From: Yuukianura sp. NJ FZ-2021
Lineage: Eukaryota
DNA length: 64,000 nucleotides
Direction of reading: 5' to 3'
Assembly: GCA_046563655.1 (NCBI GenBank)
Contig: CM102287.1
Location: 9,424,001 to 9,488,000 of the forward strand
Both the position numbers and the translations under genes were made by a program. The notes beneath the pieces are model-generated. The model searched no databases and was not told the origin of the DNA. It worked only from the letters and a program-made list of their open reading frames with translations. Shown piece by piece: positions 27,450 to 40,289 of this stretch (the first letter of the stretch is position 1; every line of letters begins with the position of its first letter).

Positions 27450-30400
27450 TCAAGCGAGTCCAAGACCTCGAATTCCATGCGGCGACATTTCCTCTGCTCC
27501 TCCCAACTTTTTCAGCGCTTCTTCTGCTTCTTTTCTTACAGTTGGATCTTTATCCATTTGGGCCAAGTAGCTCAGTGCACCAACGTAGGAAGTTAAATTT
27601 AGGAATTCCAAACCAGCGATTCCAGCACGTCGCTCAATCGCTTCTTCTGACTCCAACAGTTCCGCAACAATCTCTTCAACCTGGAACAAAAATCACACAC
27701 AAAAACTCATAAAACTACAAAATTCACACAAAAAAATTCAGAAAACTACAAAATTCACACATAAGAATCAGAAAACGAACTCTCTTTTTTTTAAACTGAA
27801 TCTCCCGTTGCCCTTACTTGTCTCTTTTGTGACGCTACTGTCCCCAACTCAGTTAAAAATTTCAGTACTTCGCTTGATGCTGATTCGGACGCTGATTCAG
27901 CGATCGAGCGAAGGAGGTAGACCAGTACAGTCTTCGGTGGGATACGACTAGGCTCCAACTTTTTCACACCTTCTTCCAGCGAACTCTGAAGACTCTCCAG
28001 TAGAATTTCTATTAAAAAAAAGTCAAGTTGAGGTCAAGGTCAAATCTCAAACATTTCAAAAGGTCAAAGGTCAAGTAATTCTTTCTTTTGTCTCACCTTC
28101 TTCAACAATTTCCTCTACAGCGTCTTCCAGTGTAGTGTGCCTCAGAAACGACTCCATTTGGAACCGAGTGAGCTTGTCTCCCGGCCTCACTTCTCTTGTT
28201 TCCATCATCTGGCCCACCAGAACTTGAGAGATTCGTTGTGACAGCTCCAGTGACCCATGACCTTTGACCTTCAGAATCCTCCTCACTTCGGTTGTGAAAC
28301 CATCGATTGCTTCTTCTCCTGAAATCAGTAGTTTGTAACCAGCGAGACGAAACCACAGTGGTCCAACTGTTGGAGACACAAAATCTTCGGTAGAGAGTCG
28401 ATCAGGGAGGTGGGACAGGACAACGCCAATAAGCGCTGAATGACGCTGCAGCTTTCTCAGCGCTTCTTTCTCTTTGAAACGCAGCGGCCCAAAAGAACCC
28501 AATTTCTAAAACAAAACAAAAACTGAAAAAACTTGACTAAAATGTTGAATTTTCATCGCTTTAGAAAAAATTACGTGAATCAATTTCAGACAAGACGAAA
28601 CGTGTGCTTCCAAAACTGAATCCCAGGGTTCACCCAACAGTCTCCCTTCATCGTCACAACTTCCGCTGGAAGGAGTCGGAGACTCCGAATTGGCCAAGAA
28701 AATTCCAGAATCTGTAATTTTTGATGACGGACCTGGCGGTGGTAGCTGAAATTCAAAAATTAATTAATTAACTTAACGATTAATTAGTTAACAAATGCCA
28801 AAATTATCAAAATCTCACCTTCAAACTTTTTATCGTTCCCATTTTTCTCTCAGCAGTTTCCTCTGAATCCAGAAAATCAAAACACTCCAGTGCTGATTCA
28901 ACATTCAAACTTGAATTTGACGAATGAAACGAAGGTGCCTGTAAACAGATAAACAGAACACAAAATTCAAAAATTTTGAAGAAAATGGTATTCCAAATTT
29001 CGAAAAACTCAAAAATTTTGAGCCAAATTCTACCTTAAGTAGTCTTTGTAACGTTTTCGTATGCATATGAAGTGGTTCTAGTTCTGGAAAATGTCCTTGG
29101 ATATCCTCCAGCAGAGCAGCAAGACGCAGAATTGAGATTCGCAGGGATTTGCCGTCCGTCGACTCCACATTTTCGCACGAACTTCCCGTTCCACCGTCCA
29201 CTTCATCCGTTTCATCTTCATCGTCATCAAAGTCAATTGCATTGTCCTCTTCCACCGTCGTGCTCGTCGTGGTGCTCCCATTCGTTGCACTCAGGATGAA
29301 ATTGCCACTTGGATCCACGCTATTTTTACAGTCAGCATCTTCTGTTTTTACCGTTGGTTTCATCAGTTCTTCTTCCGTTAGAGCTCTTAGACTTCTTTCC
29401 CAGAGCGTAGCTTCTCTCTGCGGTTGTTGTTCCTCTTCAACGGAATGTGTTGATGATAAAGTAGAAGTGTTTGACCCGTGTGACGAATCCGAAGCAGAGT
29501 CTTGTCTCACTGCTCGTCTTTTTCTGTTTGGTGAAATTGACAGTGAGGATCCAAATCCTAGTGTTTCTGGACCATCTTCTTCTGTTCCCAGTGGCCTTGA
29601 ATACACAAAAAAAAAATCATGAAAAATTTCTGAATCACGAATTATTTTGAGGTCAAAGTAATTGGAGATCACGTGGTGACCCACAAACGAAAACCATAGC
29701 CAAAACTTAGTCGTTGCTTAAAAATGCACCACCAATTGGGCAAATTTGCAAAGTTTAAAATAAAGTTTCTTTTCTCTTTTTACCACCAAGTGACAAGAAG
29801 ATTGAGTTTGAGGGATCCACTTGGATTGAGGTTGACTGTCATCAGTTGTGGTTCAGGTGAAAAGAGTTCCGTAATTTCACAAAATTTGTTTCCAAGAAGC
29901 ATTTCTTTTCCAAGAGTTTTCATTTCAGCAGCTTTAATTTGTATCACTTCGTCCAAAACTCCTCGAAACGAGGCCTGGAATTTCAAAAAATCAGGATAAA
30001 ATCAAAATTTTTGATCCAAAAATCACTTTTTTTTAAACGTTTTATATTCATAATTTTGAAATTCCTTACTTTCGGAACATCCCAAGTCTGTCGCCCATCT
30101 TTCCCCACACGTCCACGTGACTTCCATTTTTGTCTTCCATGTCTCAAGCTAATTTCAAAAACATCTCCACCACAGAGTCTCGAAAACCCTTGAATTCCTG
30201 AGTTCAAAAACACAAAAACAAGGTGAATGGCCTTGGTTCCCAAAACTCAAATTCCTCAAAATTCTCAGAAAACTTCAAAATAACCTGTACCTTTAATTTC
30301 CATGTGGAAGACGCCTAGAAGTTTTTGTAGTTTGGTTTCAAGGTCACATAAAGCTATGGTGCATTCTCGGAATCCTGCTTTGACATTGACCAAGGCCGAC

Positions 30401-32585
30401 TCTCGTTGTGGTCCAACCGAAACCGAAAAAGCGTAGGCCATAGACCGAACGCCTTCTCGCATTTCAACTAGTCGTTCGTATTCCAGTGCCAGCGATTCCA
30501 CAAGGCTAAGTGCATATTCCAGCCCCTTCAACCACCGACCACAACCTTGGTATGCCTAAAAAGTCAACAAAAACAGAAAAGTCAGCAAATATTTGCTTCA
30601 TACTCCGGAAAATTTTTAGCAAACAAAACGTTTTTTTTTACAAAATTTTTTTTTTACAAAATAATTGAAACACATAAAGCACAAAAATAGAAGTCAAAGG
30701 TCAAGAATACTCAAGATACTTGTCCAGCACATCGTGTCATGTCCATAAAATGCAAAACGTTTAGACAACGTCACCTTACCTTGCCCAAATTATAAGCCCG
30801 TCCCTTCTTGACCAGAAGAAAGACAGAAACGGACAAAGACAAAAGACAGGAAAGTTTAGAAAGAAGTTTACGCTGATTCAGTGTCAGTCACATCTAGAAT
30901 GCCCGGATTTTTGTAACGACGTACCTGATTGGCTGAACTGAGACTAAGATCTGACAGTGACGATTTGACATCACTCAATTCATCTTCCGCCAGAGCCACA
31001 CAACCTCTGAGTCCATGACGAAGTCTCTCCAGCGTCAACCTAGTTTTCGTTGGTCGTGGATTTCTGCGCTGATCAGTCCTCTCTCCCGGTGAATTCGATT
31101 TCAGCGCAAGTCCACCGCTTAACGACCGGAGCCAACGTCGACTTAACGTCGGTGCTTGAAAGCCTTCGCCCAGCACTCCGCCAGTATTCCACGATCCACC
31201 ACCTCCACCAGGACTTGGGCTGAAAAAAATACAAAATTACATACAAAAAAAACACATGCAAAATGAAGCGAAAACTTGACAACTGAGTTCCTCTAGCCAC
31301 AAAAATCCGAAAAAAAAATGTCAAAGGTCACCGAAGTCTTACATTGCCTGTGTGGTCATTTTGACTTTTAGTGGACCCTACTAAAAATTTGATCCTCCAA
31401 CTACAAAGTAGGGACACTGACTGAAATTTACTTCAAATGCCCTACTCCCATGACACTCTTCTTTCAAAAAACGAGTCTCTCTTGTTCTTCATCGAGGTTA
31501 GATACCTCCCCAAAGCCTCAACAATCGACAAATGAGTGATGAAGGAACACTACACACAATTTTCTCACAATAATAAACATTACACACCATCGGACAACGA
31601 TTATACACAGTAGGAAGCCTTAATACTGCCAGTATTGTGTAAAGAATTGTCAAAGTCAAGATCAGCAGCTTCCTAAAAGTAATTTATCTCCGTCCATTCT
31701 TAACTTGTCATTTCTCATCCATTTCTGTATCTATGAAATCCAGATTCAACCAAGTTTAGTTAACATGTTAATGCTAAGAAGTCACGAACAACTTAAGTTT
31801 CAACAAATTAAGATAAACGAACAGTTAGATACTAAAGTTGCGGTTTTTCCTTCCAAACCACAAATGAACCAATTGGCATCGACCCAACTTCATCATTCAT
31901 TGCGTCTCGTTTGGCAATTTGTGAACTTCAATAGGAAATGAAACCTTGGGTGGTAGTTAACATACCATGAGGTTCCAATTTCCAATGAACAATTAACCAA
32001 TTTGAAATTTAAAGACGTCGTAAATTTTAGAGCATAAAAAGCATAGCCTAACTTGGGAATCCTCTTCGTTTGTCTTCGTCACTTAAATTATTGACAAGCG
32101 ACAATTACTTACAATTTTGGAAGACAATTCAACAAATATGGGTTACGGTGTTACGATTTAAATTTTGGAATTTAAGATTAATTCCGGAGTTAAAAGGAGA
32201 ACAATACAAGTATTGAAGTGTTTTATGTAATGACAGAAGACAAACATGTGGCCACTCCTTGAATTAAACTTGTTACCAAGTTATAAATTATGTTAGGGCC
32301 CACTCCAACTTGATGAATGAAAGGAAATGTGTTGAATGTTAGGGATTTTGAATTGTTTGTTTAGGTTTAAAAGGGCAGTGTTTGTTTGTCTTACCATGAA
32401 GAGGAAGATGAGTGTCTCTTGCCAGGAGCTGATGACAGGGAGACTGCTGGTCCATGGCCCTCCAGACTGTGGCGTTTGGGTTTCGTCATTGTTGTGCTTC
32501 CAGAAGGTCCATGACCCACTTCACTTCCTTCGTCTTCGAAGATGGGATAACCCCGTTTACTTGCTGAACCAAAGCTAAGGGACAT
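27450..32585 (-). CDS. RIPOR/FAM65 (PL48 domain) Rho-interacting cell polarization regulator-like
   Basis: Motifs GFRECTIALCDLETKLQKLLGVFHMEIK, GFSRLCGGDVFEISLRHGRQKWKSRGRV...QTWD, VNLNPSGSLKLNLLVTW, DIQGHFPELEPL and a C-terminal HEAT-like segment (ALSYLAQMDKDPTVRKEAEEAL). Assigning exon 32585-32396 as the first exon is tentative. Confidence 0.8.
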
Positions 32586-33833
32586 GTGGTTAAGACTGCG
32601 TTGATGATTGAAGGCTTAATCGTTCGACTGGCTTGACCTCGATTACCCTGGACAGGCACGGATCATCGTTTCTGGACAGGGCCTGAAGCACTCACTGTAA
32701 AAAAAAAAACAAAAACAAAATCTGATGAACGATTCAGTTTGGCAGGTTTCATATGTATTGTTTTGATTTATGATTCGTACTTTTTACATGTTCTATTAAC
32801 CAAGTCACTGTATTTAATTAATTGATCTTACCATTACTAATTTACTGATTTTAGACCTTTAGAGGTCGACTTCGACAGTCCTGATTCAGTAACCACTTGA
32901 AAACAACTGGAATTTTGTAATTTCTCACAATCTCGGTGGATAACGTTAATTTCTACTCCGTCTTATCTAAAGCTTAAGCTTAAGTTAATGCAATGCTCTT
33001 CTAATTAATATAATTCACACCCCCGGAATCAATTGAATCTTACCAACCTACTAATTGGAACAAATTGACGACCTCCTCAATTGATGTGTTTCTAAATTGA
33101 GACTGGCATTGAAACAAAAAATTCCACACAATGCGCCAATGAATGAAGTATGTAAATAGTAATCTCCGTTTTGCAATTCAGTTCAATGCCAATTACGAAA
33201 TACAGGAAATGCCAATTCTTTAATCAAGTTCACACTTTTAATTAACTCGTATAAATTAAAAATTTCAAAGTCCAGGGATAAATAAAAAAAATTAGATTTT
33301 AATGTGTTAGTTGTAAGCAAATATATTTATATTACAAATTATTTGTTGGATAGAAATTATTACATTTTAGTAAACGTTTTATTAGTTTTGGGAAAATTGC
33401 ATTGGCATTTGATCATTTCGCATGCTGCAACTGCAATGGCATTTTGTGGTAGCGGTTGCACTAAAGTGTCCTTTCATTTCCTACTATTGCCCATTCTGCA
33501 CCAAATTATTAAATCGTGGAACGTCACAAGTTATTCCTCTATTTAATTAACATTATACTTAATCTGGTAAACCAAAATTAACACATAATTAGTTAATTAT
33601 TTATTAAACAAACATGCAGATCATTATGATAAACACAGCAAATGTTAAAGAAACAACGAGACATGATTTTCCCATCAATGATACCAAACTGGTGAAAGTT
33701 GCCATTGTTTACGTTTAATTTTCACTTGTCAATTTTATTTTTCTGACAGTAAACGTTTAGATGTTTAATCTCACTCAATTAATCGATTAACGAAAATTAC
33801 TTTAGGGGATTAGTGAAACGAAAGGATAGCAGA

Positions 33834-34636
33834 ATGAATCAGTTGCAGATTGTATGGGTTGTAGTACTTTTAGTATGTCTTCCAGTGTCACTGGCCAAGA
33901 AACCAAAGGAGCGACCGGAATGGGCGAAGAAGGATATTCGAGATTACAGTGAAGCAGACATGGAACGACTACTGGATCAATGGGAGGTATGACAAGTATT
34001 GATTTTTCATGGATTTCGTCATATAAAATTTATCCGCTGATTTTGTGAAAATAGGAGGACGACGATCCATTGCCGGATGACGAACTTCCAGAATACAAAC
34101 GTCCACCACCGAGCAGTCCAGATATCGATTTCAGCAACGTAATCACACATGACACATGTTACCCTACTTTTTCTATGTTTTTATTCTTGTCGTTTTGTTG
34201 ACGTTTCAGCTTGGCTCAATGTCTCCCGATCAAATTATGAGAATGACCAAGAAAGGCAAATCGGTCATGATGTTTGTCAACATTGATGGAAATCCGTCAA
34301 AAGAAGAGTGTGAGAGCCTTAGTAGCTTATGGCAAGGATCTCTAAGGAATGACCACATCCAGGCAGAACGGTACACCATGACCATGACACTACAATTTCA
34401 TACTCCAAGCACTTTCATCACAAATACTTTGCTTTAGATATGTCATTGACGACTCTCGTGCCATTTTCCTGTTCCATGACGGTGCTCAAGCCTGGGATGC
34501 CAAAGACTTCCTAATTGAACAGAATCGAGTTAAAGACGTTACACTGGAAGGACAGGTCTATCCAGGACGCAAAACCAAAGAAGCTCCTTCAGACAAGAAG
34601 AGCAAAGGAAAAGCCAAGACAAAAAGTGAACTGTAA
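33834..34636 (+). CDS. MESD: LDL-receptor chaperone MESD/boca
   Basis: Signal peptide, KKDIRDYSEADMERLLDQWE, KKGKSVMMFV, LWQGSLRNDHIQAER, RAIFLFHDGAQAWDAKDFL and C-terminal ER-retention-like KSEL*. Confidence 0.95.
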
Positions 34637-34737
34637 TCGTGCCAGGCCAAAGTGAAGGAGCAAAGAATCAAATATTTACTTCCAAAAATACAAACCAATA
34701 CTTATACAGGAATAAATTATTGTTACATATGTTCTGA

Positions 34738-34956
34738 TTATTTCTTTTTAGCTGTAACATTGGCTGACGATGGGGCTGCTTGTGCTTCTTGGTTAGCTCT
34801 CCAGCTTTTTAGAAGTTCAGCGATCTTTCCAGGTTCCATTTTGTCTTCAATCAAACGCAGAGCAAAGGCTAGACCACGACGATCCAATCCAACTCCCATC
34901 AAGTCGCCCATTTCCGTAAGAATTTCAAATACTTCTGGTGATCCTGTACTTGTCAT
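34738..34956 (-). CDS. MZT1: Mitotic-spindle organizing protein 1 (MOZART1)-like
   Basis: 72-aa ORF MTSTGSPEVFEILTEMGDLMGVGLDRRGLAFALRLIEDKMEPGKIAELLKSWR fits the MZT1 pattern (ILxEISxLLxTGLDxxxLxICVxLxExGVNPxALAxVIKELR), though divergent. Confidence 0.72.
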   Translation of the reverse strand: MTSTGSPEVFEILTEMGDLMGVGLDRRGLAFALRLIEDKMEPGKIAELLKSWRANQEAQAAPSSANVTAKKK

Positions 34957-37900
34957 CTTGACTTTCAAAAGTTCAAAAGTCTTTCGAAATGGTTATGTGC
35001 TGCTGTGTGACCTCGAACTTACTATGCCGTTTGACCTGTCAAGAATCACGCCATGATGTCAATCGCAATTGTAATCATAAGTGAACTTCAGCACTTACCA
35101 AACGTGTGATCTTTTGAGATGAATCTGAATGGTAAGTTTAGACAAAATATAGTACCAACGTAAAAAAATTCGTAGATGACGAAACACAATAAGAAAAAGG
35201 TTACATAACTTTATAAATTTTCCGTTTTTCTATCTGTATTTTTGATGAAAACTTTTTCCCGCCGTTCAAATCCTACTGAAATTAGAAAAAAAAACTGAGA
35301 GTATTGATACGATGGACGCGTCAGGTTAGTAATTAGAGAACTTGTTAATTATAAGTTGTAACACTTAGCATTTCATGTAGTCTCAACCATTTCATTTTAA
35401 ATCTCATCAGTCATTCAGTCGCAATTCTCGATTTGCAAAAAATTCTGGTGTCTTTCGAACCAGTTTAGAATTTGGAAATTCATCATCCCAACAAATTACA
35501 AAAAATTGAACAAATATGGTCATAAATCTTGTCAAAAAATTTCCGCATCCCGCATGATTTTTTGACTTATTAGAATTTAATTAGCCGCCACACTTTAGCA
35601 TGTTCCGCTGATGAGGCTGAACCAGAAACTCTTTAAACATTTTAAAAGCCTCCGCACAGCCACACCCAAAAACCAACCCAACAATCCGCACAACCAGACA
35701 ACAATATCGCACCAAAATTAAGTCTGACTCACAATTTATTAGCGTTTAGCAAATGAGTTGCTAATTTAATGTTTTTCAATTTCCAGCAAAAACGACCATT
35801 TTGAAGCAAAAAAGTGAAGATTTCAACCCAAAAGCAACTCAGAAATGGGAGTGGACAGCCCTGGAGCGGCATCTTTTTCATTTTTTTTCTACACCAAACC
35901 AGGTGAAACGCTCAAAAGTAATTAACAGCCCAAAATTGATGTCGTTGAGTAAGTTTTTGTTTAAAAAAAATTGTGACCACTTAAGTGATAAATTTCTTGA
36001 ATGAATTACTTTTTTTTTTATACAGAGAAGCTAGCGAGAGACGAACGAGCATCATTCGACTTTTATAGAAGATGAAGATGAAGATTAGCTGTAGTTGCCA
36101 TGACTCCTTCCAGATTTAGGCGACACTTTCAGCATACACAATTTATGCAAATAAGTGGAAAAACTGGAAAGTTGGCAAGAGAAAACTTATTGGGCTGCCT
36201 GACCGCGGTCACGTCTTGTTCGTCTCCGATTCCCGTGGCACAAGGAAAAAAAATTCGCAAAATTTTGACTGCGAAAACATGGAAAACTTTAAGATTCGTG
36301 TGACTTTGAACTCTTCGTCTGGCTTTTCAGAGGTTGAAATTCTTAAAACTACAATGATGAAATCAATCTACAAACCCAATTGGCACTCAATGTTAAAAGT
36401 TAAGTTTTTTAGCATAAGTTAACATGCTATGACCACCTAGTGGACATACAGTATCCACCTGGACACTCACGTCATGTCATCCATAACTTTATGTTGCTTC
36501 TAAAAAGCATTTGTCTCCTTCAACTTGACTTAGCAAACCGGTCATTTCAGTTTTCAAAAAATTCTTAACACGAAAAAAAATCAAAATCTCCGATTTTTAC
36601 TGTTCCGCCGAAAGGCTAAAGTCAAAGTCCTAAACGGTTTTAAAATTTTGAGCTTTTGGAAATTTAAAAACCCGATTTTTAGTGTCTCACTTTAATTACA
36701 TGTTTTGATCCAGAGGTCAAAGACTCAAACTTTTGCGTGCCTCCAGGAACATTTGTGAATGAAATTTTTAAGTTTTGTAAAAATTTCAGGTGATTTGCTC
36801 ATGTTCAAAATTTTCTGAGAAAAGTTGCTCATTTACACTGGAAGAACTCTAAAGTAGCAAATCCAGATTCTCACCTGCACAGACTTTGTAAAATGTTGTA
36901 ACTTGTAACCCGTCAACGTCTTGTCACAAATCATCTCAACTACTACCAAAAACAAAGCAATTCAACCAGAAAATGACATACGAAACGACCAGAATCAACA
37001 AAAGTTGGATCCTTTCCATCATTTTTTGAAGTTTTGTTGAAGTCGAGGTCCTTGGCCCCCCAAAGCGTCAAAACTTCATCAAATCAACAGCAATTTATCC
37101 ATGAAGCACTGACCTCTGCAATAATTTAATGAGGGGTCAAACATAAATGACCTTTGATATAGAGTGACCTCTAGTTATGTTGTGAATTGGCGTAATTTAA
37201 TGAGCGTTGATGTAGAACATTAACTTTGACAATGTCAACAATGTGTCAAAAGAAGCGTCAATTTATTGTCTAAGGCTTACGGCACTTTGGACTTAATTTT
37301 CTGACATCAATTTCATCTTAAAAGGGTAAACAAGCGTCATCATCATAAACAACGTTAAGGCGTCACACTTAACTTGTTAAGGGCAGATTAATTTCGAAAA
37401 ACGTCAATTTTTCAGAAATGGTGTTTTTTTAAGTGTTTTTAACTTTTTTTAAATAAGGCTATTATCCCTTGCCGCTTGTTTAAAACAAGTTCGTCAGCAC
37501 ATTATTAAAAAAGATCGACAAAAAATGTATACTAAAAAGCTCAAACAGCAAGCGGATTAGAGACAACTAAAGAAAAAAGTTTAAAGCTCTCGGATTTTTG
37601 CGGATTAGTTTTACGGGAGCTGAAAAATGACAACGTAGTTTAGTTTTTTTTAAGAAAAAGTTATGATGTAATCATGAATTAAGTAATACGTGCGCAAAAA
37701 CTTTCAAAAAAGTGAAATTTTGGTAAAAAGAAGATCCAAACAACGTCATAAAGTTTTTAATTGTGGTTTTTTCACACTTTGACTTTTTAGCACAATGTTG
37801 ACTTTTTGCAAATTACAAATTGGCATAAACTGCAAGGTACTAATTCATTCATTGTCATTCATTTCAATTTTACTACTACTTGTATAACATAGTGCTTCTG

Positions 37901-39554
37901 ATGTCATGAATTATGTCATTTAGCGTGTTTTTGAAAAAGAAACATAATTTTTAAACATAAATTTTTGAATTTTGTCATACAAAATGTTGAATTTTTATGG
38001 CTAGGCTCATAAAAGTTACAAAATGAGCCACCACCGGTCGTTTCCAGTTAAAATCCTGCTAAAAATTACGTGATTTCAAAAATAACTGTGATTAACTATG
38101 TGTTTTCCATCGTCCGGAAAATCCTACACGCCTTGTTCATCTTTCCGTCGAGGTCAAAGGTCAAATGTCTCTTAAAACTCAAAATTTTGATGACTTTGTT
38201 GATTTTGTTGGCGCAAAAGTCGTAAAATCTAAAATTTTCTGAATTTTAGTAATTTTTGTCAAGTATCATTGGGTCAGAGGTCAAAACATAAAAATTTCCA
38301 CGTCCTGGGTCAAAGTTCAAATTTGCAAAAACTCAAAACATCACAAAAATTTTATAGTCGTTCGACCTAAATTTCTCATTTTGTGAAAAAATTTTATGAA
38401 AAATGGCAAATTTCCTTAAAAAGTTTGCGTTTTTCGATTAATTTCTTTGAATTGGAGTGACATGTTCAGTTTTTTCTTTGTTCTTTTCGGGCTTCGTGTC
38501 AACTTTTGACACGACTTGGCGTGAAGGTCACGGTCTAAAGGTCATGATATACCCAAAACAGTTAACATTTGAGTAAAAAGTAAAAGTTTAATTGTTAATT
38601 TGCCTAACTGTGGGCACTAGTTAAATGTGTTTGGTTAGACAGGGTGGCACCTCCTTAGGAAACTCGCTTTGTCAAGAACAGGTCGAAGGACAACGCATTC
38701 ACCTGCTGCTCCTGCCATGCAAGTCACAGCCAATTTGCAAATCTTTTTGCAAAGATTTGCGAATCTCCAAATCTGCAGACGCTCTCATCCACTTACCTCC
38801 AGGATTGGCAAAAAAATTGTTTTGTGAGACTATTTGAAGTGGAGGCTGAGAGATGCTCGTTCTCAGTCTGTCTTGCGATTTTGCTTGAACTCTTTGCTTC
38901 CTCAACACTCGAATTGTGAGAAACTACAACTTCCGCCCAGGAAATAAGAGCAACTAAACACAAGTAGTTAGTTAACTACACGCGTCGTTAGTTAAGGACG
39001 ACACGACTCCACTCCCTAATAAGGTCAATCCCATTCGGAGAACATCTTACTTAGCAAACAAATAGAGCAACTAAAGGCTTCCTGAAAGTGAAGCACAAAT
39101 TTATTAACTTGCGTCAACGTCTCAAAACTTGCTGGAACAATTCCTGGATCAACAATTAAACTAATCAAAAACCTGAATCATTTTTACGAGCGAAAAAATT
39201 TGGCAATTTGGTAAGTCTTTACAAAGGGGTAAAAATATTTCAACTTTTTTTCATTGGAATTTTTACATTTTTACAAAGTTACGGGTTTACATTTTTACAT
39301 TAGTTACGAATTTACATTGTTAGAAAGCACTTAGTTGTACTTGTGGTGTTAAAATTTTTGGAAGATATAAAACAGTAGTTTTTTTTTGAATTAGACTATT
39401 TAATTTTACTTTCAAACTGAAAATTTTTTAGATTTTGGGTTTTCAAATTTTTGGATTTTGTTGCAACGTTTTAACGCCGTGAAACTATTTGTGTGTCTGG
39501 CGAGAAAAAGTAGTTTCACATTATAGGTGTCTCAATCTTGCTATTGAAATTTGC

Positions 39555-39729
39555 GTTCCATGTAATATGGTCAAAAACAATTTGGTCAAAAAGCGAACAG
39601 GTCAAATATAAGAGAGCATAGTGCACAATTTTTAGTGGTTGACTTTTTCACTTTTTCACATTTTTCACTTTTTCACATTTTTTACTGTCTCACATTTTTC
39701 ACTTCTTGATTAAATTGTTTTGACCATTT
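39555..39729. mobile_element. MITE-like element, family A copy 2
   Basis: gttccatgtaatatggtcaaaaacaatttggtcaaaaag ... ttgattaaattgtttttgaccattt form terminal inverted repeats. Confidence 0.7.
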
Positions 39730-40289
39730 CTTCCGCTATAGAAAATTTGGATTTGAATTTTGAAAGTTTTTGAAAAGTGATGGATGAATAGTGGGTGGAA
39801 GAGGTCAGCTGGAGTTGACCTTGAGCTGGCGACTGTTTTCATCACCGTAGCTTTGTACTATGTCAAAATGTTGTTTAGGCCTGGCCGTGGCCTTCACAGA
39901 GCCTGGCTAGTCGCCAGTTTTAGTTTGTTTTGGGCCAAAAAGGACAAACTTTGCAATTTTTTTGCAAATTGCCAATTTGCCAAAATAAATTTGCAAAGGG
40001 CTTGGCTGCAAAGCCAACAAGGGCAGAGGAGTGCACTCGTTAGAATTGTGACCGAAGTCAAATTCTTTAACAGAGTTTGGCCAAAAACGACTTTCTCGGG
40101 CCAAAGTGGTCGAACTATGTTCACTTTTTTTTTAAGTTTATTCAAAAATCCGGTTTTTCAAAATTCTTCGTCCAGAAGATGAACTCGAAACTTTGTGTCT
40201 TTCATGTCCTGGGTGACTGACAGAGTTCACCTTGAGTTGAAACGTTTTCAAAAATTTTAATTTTTTTCGTTTTATTCAAATTCTAGAAC

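Noticed and set aside
36100..40200. Short ORFs in the long gene-poor region before the CAP gene
   Set aside because: AT-rich, Phe/Lys-biased translations. The region is best explained as promoter, a 5'UTR exon (donor at ~39211) and intron of the CAP gene.
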